A stretch of 64,000 nucleotides of DNA, taken from positions 82,052,711 through 82,116,710 of the forward strand of contig NC_057718.1 in assembly GCF_004010195.1 (NCBI RefSeq), read 5' to 3'. Of the stretch, positions 1-13,825 are shown in pieces. Position numbers and translations under genes: made by a program. Numbering within the stretch: position 1 is the first letter of the stretch; every line of letters begins with the position of its first letter. This DNA comes from Chiloscyllium plagiosum (Eukaryota). Below the pieces are notes generated by a model, which was not told the DNA's origin, did no database searches, and saw only the letters and a program-made list of their open reading frames with translations.

Positions 1-280
1 GGAAAAAACTTCTGACTATCCACCCTATCTATGCCTCTCATAATTTTGTAGACCTCTATCAGGTCGTCCCACAGCCTCCATCTTTCCAGTGAAAACAATC
101 AGAGTTTATCTAACCTCTCCTCATAACTAAAATCTTCCAGACCGGGCAACATCCGAGTAAACCTTCTCTGCACCCTCTCCAAAGTATCTGCGTACTTCTG
201 GTAGTGTGGTGACCAGAGCTGCATGCGATATTCCAAATGTGGCCTAACTAAAGCTTTGTACAGCTGTAACATAACTTGTT
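1..280 (-). mobile_element. CR1 LINE 3' fragment
   Basis: Same RT C-terminal region as the other CR1 copies in the window (e.g. 63350-63530). Confidence 0.8.
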
Positions 281-1253
281 AACTTTTAAAATTTATCAAA
301 TGATTTCTGGAAATCCATGTAACTATGACAATAAATATTACACCTATGTACCAAAATAGTTTCCTGTTCGAAAACTTCAATTGAGTTGGTTAGACATGAA
401 TATTCCTTTACAAATCTAATTATGAGGACAAAAATTCCTGAAGACTCAGGAGGTCTGGCAGCATCTTTGGGGAAAGAACAGAATGAACATTTCAGTTTGA
501 TTGACTTTTATCAGAGCTAGAAAAATAACTGACATTTAGCAAGTGTAAGAGGCAAGGATTTTCTTTCAGTGATTAGCCACTTTATCCTTAATTATACATA
601 CCCAGCAATTTATCCGTAATAATTGTTAAGCTAGAGTGCCTATGGCTGGTTTTTATTTCTCAATTTTCACAATGATCAGCTGATATGCTTTTGGTGTTGG
701 ATCAAAATTCACCAGGATACTGCAGGACCTCTCCTGCTGTTCTTTGGAAAAGTGCCATAGGATTTTCTTTGTCTACAGATATGTTTACCATCTCATCTGA
801 AAAGGAGCAATTGGATATTAGGCAGAATTATATGCTCAAGTGCTGGTGTAGGATTTGAATTGTTCCCTCTTTGACACAGGTGCGTACATCTATGCAGTTA
901 ACCAGTGATGGCAGTTAGATCATTAAAGCTTTGTTGTTGACCACGGGATACCTAGGCATAGGCATTATTCCTGCACTCAGTAGATGATTCTCGAGAACAA
1001 AATGCTTGGATAGGAACTAAATATGATGGTTCCCTTTATTTGAGTTGCATGCAAACACAGTTTGCTATGATAACAGTCAATGTCAGGGCAGTACCCCAGA
1101 TTGAATCACATCACAGTCTATTTATTTCCCCAAACCTAACAGCTGTTGACTTTGTAAAGGTGTGAAATGTTGAAAATGTTTTGCGGAGGCAGATTGCAAC
1201 TTTACCATGTACTGTGAACGTTTATAAAGAAAACAAGTCACTTATTATTTCAG

Positions 1254-1353
1254 GAAACTCAAGAGGGGTTGGGACCCCCCACAGCTACATTCAATACAAC
1301 TCCAAGCAAGGAAATCAAGCACTCTTGGGAAGAGACAATAGAAAAAATTCCTG
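1254..1353 (+). CDS. DZANK1: DZANK1 internal exon (ETQEGLGPPTATFNTTPSKEIKHSWEETIEKIP-), phase 0 to 1
   Basis: Acceptor ttattatttcag, donor CTG|gtaagc, 100 nt open. SW...K.P ending resembles the corresponding human segment. Confidence 0.75.
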
Positions 1354-1519
1354 GTAAGCAATCTCAAATTTATGATTTCATCTTGCAGCAGCTCCTTCAC
1401 ATGCTCATATATATGAGACATCAAGACTCAGTACTAAGGAAATGCTATATTGTTGAAGGTATAATTTAAAAACAACAATAGATTGTACTTCAAAAGCCCC
1501 TTCAGTTTAATAAAATAAA

Positions 1520-2140
1520 TAGGAGCATTCTTTAGCAAAATTTGACATTACGCCAAACAAAGAGCTATGCGGGCACATGCCCAAATGCTTAGCGAAGAAG
1601 TGGGTTTTAAGGATTGCTTTAAAAGAGAAAAAAAAGGACTGAAAATATGCAATGATGGAGAAATTAAATTCAGGATGCTCAAGAAATGGAGGGTGCAGCA
1701 TGAGTGACCAGCTCAAAGTGAATTTAACTAGTCATTGAGAGCTATCAAAGGCATGGATCAGGACTTCTGCAACAGATGAGCTGAAGCAAAGGTAGAGTCA
1801 GGTAGTCTTACTGAGCTGGAAATAAACAGTTATGGTGTAATAATGCTGTTGGAAGCTTACCTCAGGGTGATTAATGAGCACTAAAATGCAAATATTCTGG
1901 TTCAATCTCCAACAGTTGCTTGGATAAACAGTGGAGTTAGTGGTTAGGATATGGAGTTTGTTGTAGGAACCAACCACTGTCCTAACAGTAATTAGTTGGA
2001 AGTTTAGTTTAGTTTAGTTCGTCAGTTCTGGAGATTGGACAGGCAGTCTGTCGGTTTAGAGACAGTGAATGGTTGACAGAAGTATTGCTATAATCAGTGT
2101 ACATGTGAAAATTGATGCGGTACCTTCAGACACCAACACT
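1520..2140 (-). mobile_element. Old L2-like LINE remnant
   Basis: Degenerate similarity to L2 3' regions elsewhere in the window; no intact ORF. Confidence 0.4.
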
Positions 2141-3939
2141 AAGGTACTATTCGACTCACCAAGTTCCCGCAATATAATCTTTTGAAGAAGAACCAAGGAT
2201 TTTTCCCCAGTGTCCTGGCCAATACCTATCACCCAACCAACATCACTAAAAACAAATGGACATAAGTATATGAGGACCAGGGTGCAGGAAAGGATAGTGC
2301 AGGTGTTAGCTCAGCAGAGGATGAAGTCCCACAATAGTTTGACTACAGATTAGCTTTTGTTACGGCCCAGCTCCTGTTCTCGTACTCGTACCATGCACAC
2401 GATATCAGGAACTATGGAAAAATAGAGGTCACCTATATACAGATCTTTAAGCAGAGCTCACTTCACCACTCACTTCACCCCATCCATGCACTCAGTCACC
2501 CAAGAGTGATAGTTAATTGACCACTTAAGAGGTTTAATTGATGTTGTAAAGGGAAGGTGGACTTTCTGGCTCAGAAGGGCACTACCATTGCACCACAATA
2601 GCACTTAACTGTTATATGCTTTCTTATCATTGAATTGTTTTCATCCTTAATATTTAAGGCTGCTCCTCCATCTCTCAGTTTTCTCGATCATTCCTGTTGA
2701 CTTTTTAACCTGGTGTACTTAGTTTCCAGTCCTAATCATCCTGCAGTCGTGTCTATACATTGGTTACCATGTTAAAACTTCTAAGTTTTTAATTTGTGCT
2801 TGCAATTCATTAAGTTCTGTCTTTATACTTCTTGTTTGTATAAATAATGTTTATTTGGGTCACATAATGTAACTGCTTTGATCCCATGTTTCCTATTTTC
2901 CATCAAGGTTCATTTAGTTTACGTCTTTGGCACTACTTATAAACAAAATAAACTTAATGATTGATTTCTGACTGATCTATTTTCTTCTCTTTTATTTGTT
3001 CTCAAACTATTATGTATCTATCTTTTGCATCTGAACCATAAGCTTGCACCCATCCTCCAACTTTGTTCTTTAAAGTCCTTGTGACTGTCCTATTTATTCA
3101 CGTCAGTGTGCACCTTGTCCCAGCCCGATTCAGTTATAACATGTCCATAGGCATGATTTCTTCCAATCCCAGCATTGATGCTAATGTTCCAAAAATTGAA
3201 ACCACTTCTCAGCCATTTACCTTTTTTATTATCCTTATGTCAATTTAGATGTGGCTTGAGTAGTAATCCAATAATTACTATCTAGTAATTTCCAAACAGG
3301 ACCTCCTGCCTACCTTTGTTCCTCATGTTATGTCACATGGAGCACATGGAATCATCTCTATAATCAATCTTGTGGTTCTTCATTCTCAATCTCATCTGGG
3401 TTTCCCTTAGTCTGAACTTATTGGTCGCATCCATTCTAATTCTAAACATGAACCTCTCAGTGACTGAAACTTGGAACAACCTGCCTCAACTGCTATCTCT
3501 CCTTTGTGTCTGTTTCCAATTCATACTCCAGCATGATGACTTTGCACTGCAGAGATTTCAGACTGAAACATCTGTGTCTGCATGTAATGGTATGTTCTCA
3601 CTGTTCACAGGTTCTCACACGCTACAGTCTAGACACTCAGCCTGCTTCCCCATATCAGGATGTAAATGTTTAAAACTGAGCAGCATTTTTAATTTTGGGG
3701 GCAGATCAGAGGCAGTCAAGTAGCTGGTAGCAAATTGACCTGCTTAAGGATTTTAGGCCAACTGCTGGAGGCTAAGTAGAAGCTTGGGTTTCTGTTGGAT
3801 TGGTAGGTGGGTGCCAGTGTGGTGGAGAAGAGGCAGCAGAATCCCAGTCTCCAAGGAACATGGCAGATAAGGGACACCGGGAAAGTGAGAACAGAGGAGC
3901 CAGGATTTTGACAGGGGTACAGCAAGCAAAACTAGAGTG

Positions 3940-4200
3940 GCTGGATAGAAGGAGTACTGAGTGAGTGGGGTAATGGGGTTAGTCGAAGGAGCTGCTGAGT
4001 AAGTGGATTAGATGGGTTTTGGAGAGGAGCTGCTCACTGAATGAGGATGGTAGAGAAGCTGCTGACCGAGTTGGGTAGGGTGCATTGAGGAGAGGGGATG
4101 TTGAGTGAGGGGGTTAGGGGTGTTTGTGGAGAGGGGATGATGTGTGAGTTGGGCGGAAAGGTTGAGGAGAGGTGCTGCTGAGTGTGTGGGGCAGGAAATA
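3940..4200 (+). repeat. Degenerate G-rich minisatellite (~35-38 bp units, core GGAGCTGCTGAGTGAGTGGG)
   Basis: About seven related cores at approximately 3951, 3988, 4026, 4055, 4094, 4132 and 4171. Confidence 0.6.
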
Positions 4201-4734
4201 GTTTAGGAAGAAGCTTGTGTGTGGTAAGGGCCTGATTATGTTGTGATAGCAGGGAAAGAGGGTTTACTTCTGTTGATTTGATATAAATGTATCAGGTTTT
4301 AGTTTTGGTGGTAATAAAAAGTCGACAAAAGTAAAACTAATGTTTCTAGCCACTAGTATGATCATTCTAATAATTTCTCCAATGGTAGTGACTGAGAAGC
4401 ATTTGCGTTGACTGCATCGCTAGATCACACGAAGTGCTGTATTTAAATGATTCCTTGTCCTAAATGGTTTTCCAGATTTTTGTATGGCCATTCACCACAA
4501 AGTATGTGTGCTAGTGCTGTGGGATGATAAAAGATAACTTGCAGGGCCTAAAAATAAGCACTGGCACCAACAAATGCTAAACAAGGAATCCTCCATTTTC
4601 ATCAGACCTATTCAGTCTCCTATTTGCAATGGAATCTTGGGACCTGCAAGATCATCAGGTTTCTGATCATTTGTAATTTGATTGTCAAACATATTGGCTT
4701 ATTGGCATATTTTTGGCCACAAGCATTTTTTTTT

Positions 4735-4848
4735 TAGATTCCCTACAGTGTGGAAATAGGCCAACCCTCTGAAGAGTAACCCACCAGACCCATTTCCCTC
4801 TGACTAATGCACCTAACACTATGGGACAAATTAGCTTGGCCAATTCAC
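4735..4848 (-). mobile_element. HE1-type SINE 3' fragment
   Basis: Matches the 3' part of the full copy at 44551-44905. Confidence 0.7.
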
Positions 4849-5632
4849 AAATCTTTTTACAATGCTTGCATCCTTTCCTTTGACTAGCTGAACTTAGTGT
4901 CTCCAAGTTGTGACAGCAGTTTCTTGGAAGCATGTAGCTACTTGCAAGGTGGTATACATAAAAAATATTCATATTTACAAATGCCTCCATGTATGGGAAG
5001 TTTCAGGAGCATTTCAACATATTTTGTTTTTAGTGGTGGTCTTTTGGAGCATTGGGATTTCTAGATTGAAAGGAAAGAATAATATCCGTCTGGTTCATCC
5101 TGTTAGCTAATTATAACTTTAATTATAATTTTATCAGTTAGTCTCCAATGTACCCAACATGGCAAAGGCCCCAATAGTGTACCACAAGTCTAAAGTCAAC
5201 CTTTTCTTCCCAAGAAACTAACCGTATACAGTAGAATGTAAATGTGAACCCAACCCATTATCCTCTTAGAATTCCTTTCCTCTGCAAATGATTTTCAAAG
5301 AATTACAATGGAAGAGCAGTACAGTTTCACCTACATAAATTTGTGTCTGGAACAGTCAACTAGAATTGCATACATGGATCATTCCATGCATGTGAGTATT
5401 AGCTGGTCTGTAACATTGGGTGAGTTGGCTTTTTGGAGTCAATGTCTTTCCTTATTTTGACTAGACCATTCAGCTAAATTAGTGGATTTGTTAGAAAATA
5501 CAGAAAATCCATATCATGATGGAGGAAGTATCTACTTCTGAACAATTGTGATTTGTAAAGAAAAATATCCCATGTTTTATGTAGGAATACACTTTAATGT
5601 CTTGTTATTTGTAACTTTCCTATATTCTCCAG

Positions 5633-5703
5633 TTGGTCACTTCTATCGATGCCAGCCCTCCCAAGACCTTGAGCAGTATCCAGAGGGAGACTGACTTTCT
5701 GAA
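5633..5703 (+). CDS. DZANK1: DZANK1 exon LVTSIDASPPKTLSSIQRETDFL(K), phase 0 to 2
   Basis: Acceptor ttcctatattctccag, donor AA|gtatgt, conserved IQRETDFLK. Confidence 0.92.
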
Positions 5704-6007
5704 GTATGTGACTGTGTACCAGATTTTCTAATATCAGTTGATACTTGCATTGTTTGAAGTAAATTACATGGTTCAATATGCCTAGAGTCAGTGGGAAATT
5801 TTGCACATGATCAGATGCGAGATGCAATTAAAAGGACCAAACCCCAATCTTCTACTGGTATATAACTTCATTGCTGTATCTGCTGTGTATTCATTATTAT
5901 TCTTCCTTAATAGTCTTCTCAGTATTCTGCTTTGGCTTCTTTAGGGCCAGTTCAGAAACCAGTGTAAGCACAACCGACTGAACGGCCTCATGTGCTGTAA
6001 TTATTCC

Positions 6008-6208
6008 AGGGAGCCAATTAGTTCAGCTGGCTGGACAACTGGTTTATGATGGAGTATGATGCCAACAGCATTGGTTCAATTCCTACACTGGCTGAGGTTA
6101 TCATGTAGATCCTGCCTTCTCAATCACACTTCTAACTCCACCAGTTGTGTCTGTTTAATGAGAGAGCAGCCCTATGGTTGACTGGGACTATTTAAAACTT
6201 TACCTTTT
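6008..6208 (+). mobile_element. tRNA-derived SINE remnant
   Basis: A-box-like TAGTTCAGCTGG, B-box-like GGTTCAATTCC, ACTTTACCTTTT tail. Confidence 0.45.
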
Positions 6209-6494
6209 AATTATTGTGTTTTCTTTAAATGGAGATTGAACAAGTTCAATTCCAATTAAATTATTAACAAAAAAATACCAATGGTAAGTCTTGATCTTAC
6301 ATGTTAGAGATCCAGGCTAACAAAGCAATTTTTCTGTCCGTTATAATCTTTCTTTAATTGAGTTTTTGGTGCTATTTTAAAGGACTGTAGCAGTGAATCA
6401 TGTGGTAATTTCTCCCAGGATGTATTGATGTTGCAGGCCTTTTAAATCTCACCTCCATCAAGCATACATCACATTCAGTGTGAGTGGGGAAAAA

Positions 6495-6945
6495 AAGACT
6501 TCTATTTAAATTGTGCCTATCAAGACCTTGGGAAATCCCAAGAAGCTTTAAACCAATGAATTACTTTTGGAAGTAGTAACTGTTGTAATTTAGTAAATGC
6601 AATAGCTAATTTACAGACAGAAAAGGCCCACAAATACAAATGGAGTAGTGATTAGTTAATTTGTTTCATTTGTGATAGTTGAGAGTTAAATATTGGCCAG
6701 GACACCAGGGAAATATTCCCCCACTCACCTTAAAAATAGTGCCATGGATTTTTTACGTCCAACTGAGAGAGCAGAGGGGGCCTGGATTTAAAATTTCTTC
6801 CCAAAGACCACACCTCCTGCAGCAGAACACTCCTGTACCATGTTGAAATGTCAACCTATGTTTTGTTTTCAAGTCTTGAGTGGAATTCAAGTCCACAGTG
6901 TTCTAGAGTGAAAGTGAAAATTCTACTATTGGACCACAAGCTGAC
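6495..6945 (-). mobile_element. DeuSINE (SacSINE1/AmnSINE1-like) copy
   Basis: Deu-domain-like aaatagtgccatggattttttacgtccaactgagagagcag with L2-type tail. Related remnants at ~690-910, 10040-10210, 27750-28110 and 38790-39140. Confidence 0.6.
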
Positions 6946-7712
6946 CTTTACTGTGATGTTTGAGACATACAACCTTTCCTCCTGGAGGGGTATGATTCAA
7001 CCTGTTTTATGCCCTCTGTTTATGGCTTTTTTTTTTGTCCAAAAAGCTTTTAGCCACAGAGATGTATTTTTAGTTTCTTTTATGGTTTTTGTGCAGAGGC
7101 TTTTACATACTTAGCCCTGTCTTGCTTCTTTCTGCATGCCTCCATCTAGCCAAAATACAAAATAAAATGAACCAAAGACAGTAACTCTATGCAATTAAAG
7201 TTTAACCTCTTTGTCTACATTAAAATAACACGTTGCTTCAGGTTTTCTTACAAACTGCAAGCCATTGAGTGAGGTTTTAGTTAATATTAAAGTGGTCTAT
7301 AATTAATTCTTTATGATCTAATGCTATTCTCTTTGGTATTTTTTTCTCTAACACACGTTTTCTGAAAGAGTATGCAAAGTCATTTAAAAAAATGTTTTTA
7401 CACCTATATGACAATGTAATATTTTGGACATCCCAAAGTGCTTTGCATCCAATAAATTCTGAAGTATAGTTACTGTTGGTATTTATGTAAAGTAGGGAAT
7501 TACATTTTGAAGAATGCTATAGTGGGAATGTATTGAGACTATCAGAATGAGAAAATGTTGATCTGTTTTACAAACCATACAATTTGCACAGCATGGATTC
7601 TGATAAAATCATTCACGTCTAAATTACTGTATTGAACTATGCTATCCATAGACAATGTTATGGACGTCAGGCCCAAACTGGGTGGAAGAATCAGTTATGA
7701 ATTCTTTGGTGA

Positions 7713-7910
<198 letters not shown>

Positions 7911-8352
7911 TGACCTTACTAATGTAAAGATTAGCTTGCATTATATAACATTGTATATAACCTCAGGATACCCCCAAGTTCTTTATAACCAGCGGTTTTT
8001 TTAAAAGCTTTTGGAATGTTCTCACCAGTGTAGTGTAAGAAATGTAGCAGTCAGTTTGTGTACAGCAGGTCTTGCATATTGTAATAACAAAAGCAAAACA
8101 CAAAACGGGGATATCAAGGCCCTTCAAACCATATTGTGATAATGGTCTATTTCTTATTGCTGCTGTTGAGGAATAAATGCTGGACACCAAAAAGAAACTC
8201 TGCAGCTCTTTTGTGGAGTGATGTCATGTGATCTATTGCAATACTCTGGTGGGTTGCTCTTCGGAGGGTCGGTGTGAACTAGTTGGGCCAAAGGGTCTGT
8301 TTCCTTGCTGTAAGTAATCTATCTATAAATCTATAACTAGATGTTAAACGGA

Positions 8353-9945
8353 TGTGATCACACCGTGACTTTAAGAGGTATATTTTATCCTTTGAAGAGA
8401 GGTTGAGACAGAGGTGACGATTGGTTTGTTCCCAAACCAAGAAACTAAACAGGTTGTACGGCCTTGGGTTTTTTAAAAGTTGGATAAATAGAAGCAGCAT
8501 GAATGGGTGGGGCCTCGCTCCCGCAGAGCCAGGATTTTAGTTTTAGCTTTCAGTAGTTGCTGGGGTCTTGAAACTGGATGTAGAAGCTCTTTTTCCTCTC
8601 TCTGTTACAGCTAAAAGCTTGGATTCTCTTCCTGCTGCGAGAATTGCATGTGCAACAATCTATTTTACTGAATTTGCCTTTGCCAAGGATGTGTTTATGG
8701 AATGTTACTATATTGGAATAGTTGCTGTTTAGTAGTTAAATAATCTATTATTGTGTTAAGTATTCTGACATAAGTTAAATTATTCCAATTCTTCTTTCTT
8801 TAGTTTATACTTTAACTATAGCATATGAATAAAACTTGTTTTGCTTTAAGCCTGGTAGCTTGACCAATCAAATTGCATCCGGAACGCACACCTTTAAAAA
8901 TCAAGAAAAGCTTGGGTGTAGGCTAACTTCTTAAAATATTTTGATGGGGTTTTGTCTGGTCCATAAAAAAACTGGGGGGGTCATTCAGAGTCAAATCTCT
9001 AACTCCAGGTTGGGTTTAGAATTATTGGACTCAAAGGCAATGAGTGGTAAGTGCTGGTGTTCCTTTTCAGGTGTTGCATTTGGTTGGTTTAAATAGAATG
9101 TGCCTTGTGTAGTAAAGGTTGTTTCAGTCACTAAGAGATTCTTGAGGGTGGAAGATGTCATTTTGCAAGTTTTACAGAAAGTGAACAATTTTGAGATTGG
9201 AAAACAAGCTGGAGTTGGGGTTGTCTTTGTCTGTGCAAAAAGGGGAGGTAATTGCAGCAATTGCCAGAAATGTCATCGGAATGTTTGGAAATGCCTAAAA
9301 TTCAGTTGCAAATAAAACAACTTGAATATGAAAGGAAATGAAACTGTTTGTTTGAATTACAATTGAAAGTAGAAGAAAGGGAGGAAGACAGAAATTTTGA
9401 ATTTCAAACTTTGGAACTGAAAACTCAAAGTCGACTTAAGTTAGTGGAAATAGAGATGAAAGATAAAAGTAGTGATGAGAAAAGCAATTAATCCCATTGT
9501 AGCCAAAGGGCTGATGGGGATCTGTTTAAATATGTCTGAACGTTGCCTTAGTTCGATGAGAAAGACAGAGAAGCCTTTTTGATTTCATTTGAGAAAGTGG
9601 CTAAACAAATGAAATGGATGGTGATCATGTGGATATTGTTATCCAAACAAAGTTGGTAGGTACAGCTAGTGAGGTGTTTGCATCCCTGTTAGAAAAGGTA
9701 TCTGGGAAGTATGGGGACATGAAAAAAGCCATTTTAAGTGCATATGAGCTTGTACCAGAAGCCTATAAACAACGTTTTAGGAATCCAAGGAGGGAGCCTG
9801 GTCAAATATATGGAGAGTTTGAAAGGATCAAATAAACTAATTTTGATAAGTGGATAAGAACATTGAAAATAGATCAAACACAATTGGAGACACGATTATT
9901 TTGGAGGAGTTCAAACTTCCTGAAGTAGTGAGACCTTACGTAGAA
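8353..9945 (+). mobile_element. Truncated Gypsy (Gmr1-like) LTR retrotransposon: 5' LTR (~8353-8966), PBS (~8973-8990), decayed gag
   Basis: LTR starts TGTGA and ends GGTCCATAA. TGGGGGGGTCATTC is a degenerate tRNA-Pro PBS (TGGGGGCTCGTCC). gag remnant FEKVAKQM.W...QTKLVGTASEVF...KKAILSAYELVPEAYKQRFR. Confidence 0.8.
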
Positions 9946-10646
9946 TTTAGAAATGAAGTACGACATGTTCTTGTCAAACTATATATGAAATATTTTTAAA
10001 AAGGGACATAATTAATCTCTTAAAGTCATTGTGTCATCATGGAGCCTTGATTTACTGTTTCATCGAAAGACTGCAGTCTTAATAGTGGAGCACTCCTTTC
10101 ATACTATACTGAAGTACCATCTAGATTTTGTACCATGGGTTGAGACAACCCAGTCCCCTGAACCTACAATTCTTGTAACTCCAGTAAACGTTCTACCACT
10201 GAGTAATGACTCAGATGTTGGATTCTATTTTTAGAGCCTGAAGTTGTGGGAAGAGATAGATTAGCATGGGTTTCCAATATTCTGATTGCCTTGTTGGAAC
10301 ATTCATATGTGTCGATGCTGATCATAGGTTAAAATAGAATCAGCTGTGTGGAATTCCCAGAGTGAACTAGCCATTTAGTGAAGGAGCTCTCTTGTGACAC
10401 ACTGGTATTGTCCCTAACCCTAGACTAGAAACCCTGGATTCAAATCCCACCTGCACCAAAGGTGTGCAATAACATCTCTGAACAGGTTGATTAGAAAAAT
10501 AGTTTAAAATATATTTTAAAAAGGCCACTTAGTGAAGAAAGCAGCTGACACCCACCAAAGAGTATCTCTATCTCACCTCCAAGTGAAAAGCAGTGTCTTA
10601 GGAAGAAAACTAATTAATTATCAAATTATGCATTCAAGCTGAATGA

Positions 10647-10835
<189 letters not shown>

Positions 10836-11577
10836 TAACATGGAGAAAATGTTTAATATGGAGAAAATATTCACAGAACACAAACTTTGCTGACTTTTCA
10901 TGTAGGCCAAACAATCTTATCTATTTGAAGACGTTTATTCACTGGGTATCAAACTTTTCAGTCAAATGTCACAAACTTAAAATTTAGCATGCCGTATAGC
11001 TGACTAACGTCTGGAATTAAGAGTCTAACAATGACCATGAATCCCTTGTCGATTGTCAGAGAAACCTATCTTGTTCCTTTAAGAAAGGAAGCTGCCATCC
11101 TCACCTGCTCTGGCCTACATGTGATTCCAGGCTCTCAACAATGTGGTTGACTCCTAATTGCCATCTGGGCAATTAGAGATGGGCAATAAATGCTGACCTA
11201 ACCAGCAGCACCCTTATCCCATGAATGAATGAAAAAGAATCTAAACTTAAAAGTTGCTTTGGGGCTACCAATCAGTGGTACTAATACATCAGATAAATAA
11301 ATGAATTGTCATATTTCTTAACATATCTTTAACAATTATTTGAAAGTAAGGGGGTGAACTTTTCAAAACAGTATTGTTGCTGAAAGGTTTTTCTGGGGGT
11401 AATTTTCAATATTCATGGGGGAAGAAATTGGCAATATAAAATTTTTCAACCAATTTATGAAAATTTAGCCCCCCACTTGCACTTTGGGTAAAAATGAGGT
11501 TGTTTGGACATTAATGTATTCAGAGATGTGCATTTTATTTAGGTATTGCTATTAAGTAACACTTTTTTTTAAAATAG

Positions 11578-11670
11578 GACAAGACTATCTGTCGATCCTG
11601 TGGGACAGGCAATCCAGCTAATATCCAGCATTGCCTTACTTGTGAGACCAGGCTGTCAGAATCACCAAAA
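11578..11670 (+). CDS. DZANK1: DZANK1 zinc-ribbon exon DKTICRSCGTGNPANIQHCLTCETRLSESPK
   Basis: Acceptor tttttttaaaatag, donor AAA|gtaagt, 93 nt. Confidence 0.96.
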
Positions 11671-12296
11671 GTAAGTCACTGTCACTGTGTGTTTAATGAG
11701 ACTTATTGGATATAAATCGAGGAACCTGTGATTTTCCTTGCGAATTGCAGGACAGAAGGAGTGATGAAATGTCACTGCAGCTTTTTGAAAATGGTTTAAA
11801 TCAAGACTTCAGTTGGCCTTTTGGGTCGAAAAAAAATCCTCTGGCACTATTTAAAACATAACAAGGGACTCTTCCCCTGTGTCCTGTCAATAATTGCCCC
11901 TCAACCACCATCACTAAAAAGTCAGATTAGCTGGCTGTCATCACATTGCTGTCTGCCGTACATTATGGTATACAAATTGAAACATAATTTCCTAAATTGC
12001 CACAGTGACTATGCCTGAAAACTACACATTGGCTATAAAATGCTTTAGGGCAATCCACATAAAAGTAAGTCGTTCTCTTTTTGTTTTCAAATTCAGTTAG
12101 GACCAATCTGACTGTCGGGCAGCAACACCGGCTGCACAAAAGTCCTGTGAATTTGTTATTGGAGAAGCCAAATTAAGGAAGGAACCATGGTTTGGCAAAA
12201 TAAATTAGAACAGTTACGAGATAGAAGTTGAAAGTGTTCCACCAGGCAGTGGTTGCCCAAATGTATCCCTTGGAGGTCTGTTTGAAATCACCCAGT

Positions 12297-12962
12297 TATA
12301 GAGTCAAACAGATCTACAGCATTCCATCCAGTTCTCGCAATTAAACTAGTCCCATTTGTCTCTGTTTGGTCCATATCCCTCCAAATCTACCCCATCCACG
12401 TACCTGTCTAAATGTTTCTTCAGTGACAAAGTTGTACTCACTTCCACCATCACCTCTGGCAGCCTGTTCCAGACATTCACCAACGTTTTGAAAAAAATGC
12501 CCCTCTGAACTCACCCTTCGGTCTTCTACGTTTCAGGGGGAAAAGGTCCTTCCCTAACCAACCTCAACTTATAACTCAAACCTTCCAGTCTAGGTAGCAT
12601 CCTAGTAAATATTTTCTGCACTCTTTCTAGTTTAATAATATCCTTTCTATAGTAGGGCAAACAGAACTGTATGCTGTACTCCATATGTGGCCTCACTAAC
12701 ATCTTGTACAGCTGCAACAAGATGTTATATACTCCTATACTCACTGCCCTGATTGATGAAAACTATGGCGAAAGCCTCCTTCACCACCCTGTCTACCTGT
12801 GACTCCATTTACAAGGAGCTATGAACCTGTACCCCTTTGTTCTATAACATTCCCCAGGGCCCTCCCATTGACTGTGTAAATCGTGCCCTGGTTTGCCTTA
12901 CCAGAATTCAAAACCTTGCTTTTATCTAAATTAAACTCCTCCTGGCATTCCTCAGCCCAGTT
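12297..12962 (-). mobile_element. CR1 LINE 3' fragment
   Basis: ORF LLQLYKMLVRPHMEYSIQF..PYYRKDIIKLERVQ is typical of the CR1 RT C-terminus. Confidence 0.9.
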
Positions 12963-13793
12963 CTTTGAACTTCCAGTTCATAGGTTTCTATTGGGGGAAG
13001 GAGAGTTAATTATAATTCTGTTTATAAAAACGGTGCCCAGAAGAAATCTCGTTGCAAGCCTTATTCTGGAACTTGCAAGTCTTTGCCAGAAAACTTGAAA
13101 AGCTGGGCTTTCTGGAGCATCTCTCCATAGCTTTGGGTCTAGACCTTCTTGCAATAATTTAAACAGATAATACAATTTCAACAGTTCATTTTACAGCTTC
13201 AGTTAAAGTCAGTGGAGACGGGCTACTGACTTGCTACTGTTCTTTTTACACAATTGTGTGAGAAACCAAGTATTTTCATGACCTTTAGGGAAAAAAATCT
13301 GCTATCCTTACCCAGCCTGGCCTAAATTTGAATCCAGACCCAGAGCAATGTAGTTGACTATTAACTGCTGCCTGAAATGGCCTAGCAAACCATTCAGTTC
13401 AAATGCAATAAAGTATGGACAACAAAAGCTGCCCTAACCAGTGACATTCACATTCCAAGGATAAAGCAACAACAAAAAAAAACACAAGCTGGCTAGCAGC
13501 AGAGCAGGCAAGTGCCCTGGTCAGGTTGCAGGCAAGTCCAAAGTCCCAGTCCCCTCAAAATAGGAGAAACAACAGCTTGTTTCAGAAGGCCAACTGTTAG
13601 CAAATAAATCTTGCACTTTTCCTAGTGTAGCTTGTCTGAATACAGCTTGCAGCTGCAGCTGGTGAATGATGACCTGCTAACTAATGCATTCTGTCACATG
13701 CAGTAAGTGAATAAAATTGAATTGTCTGTATGTGTTACTTTGTTTTGCAGATCTTACTAAAAAAGATTGCTTAACTGCAGAGTATATCAGAGT

Positions 13794-13820
<27 letters not shown>
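13794..13820. repeat. (CT)n microsatellite
   Basis: Direct reading. Confidence 0.9.

Positions 13821-13825
<5 letters not shown>

Noticed and set aside
3370..3723. 117-aa hydrophobic + ORF
   Set aside because: Low-complexity T/C-rich intron sequence with a TTG start, no suitable donor, no DZANK1 similarity.
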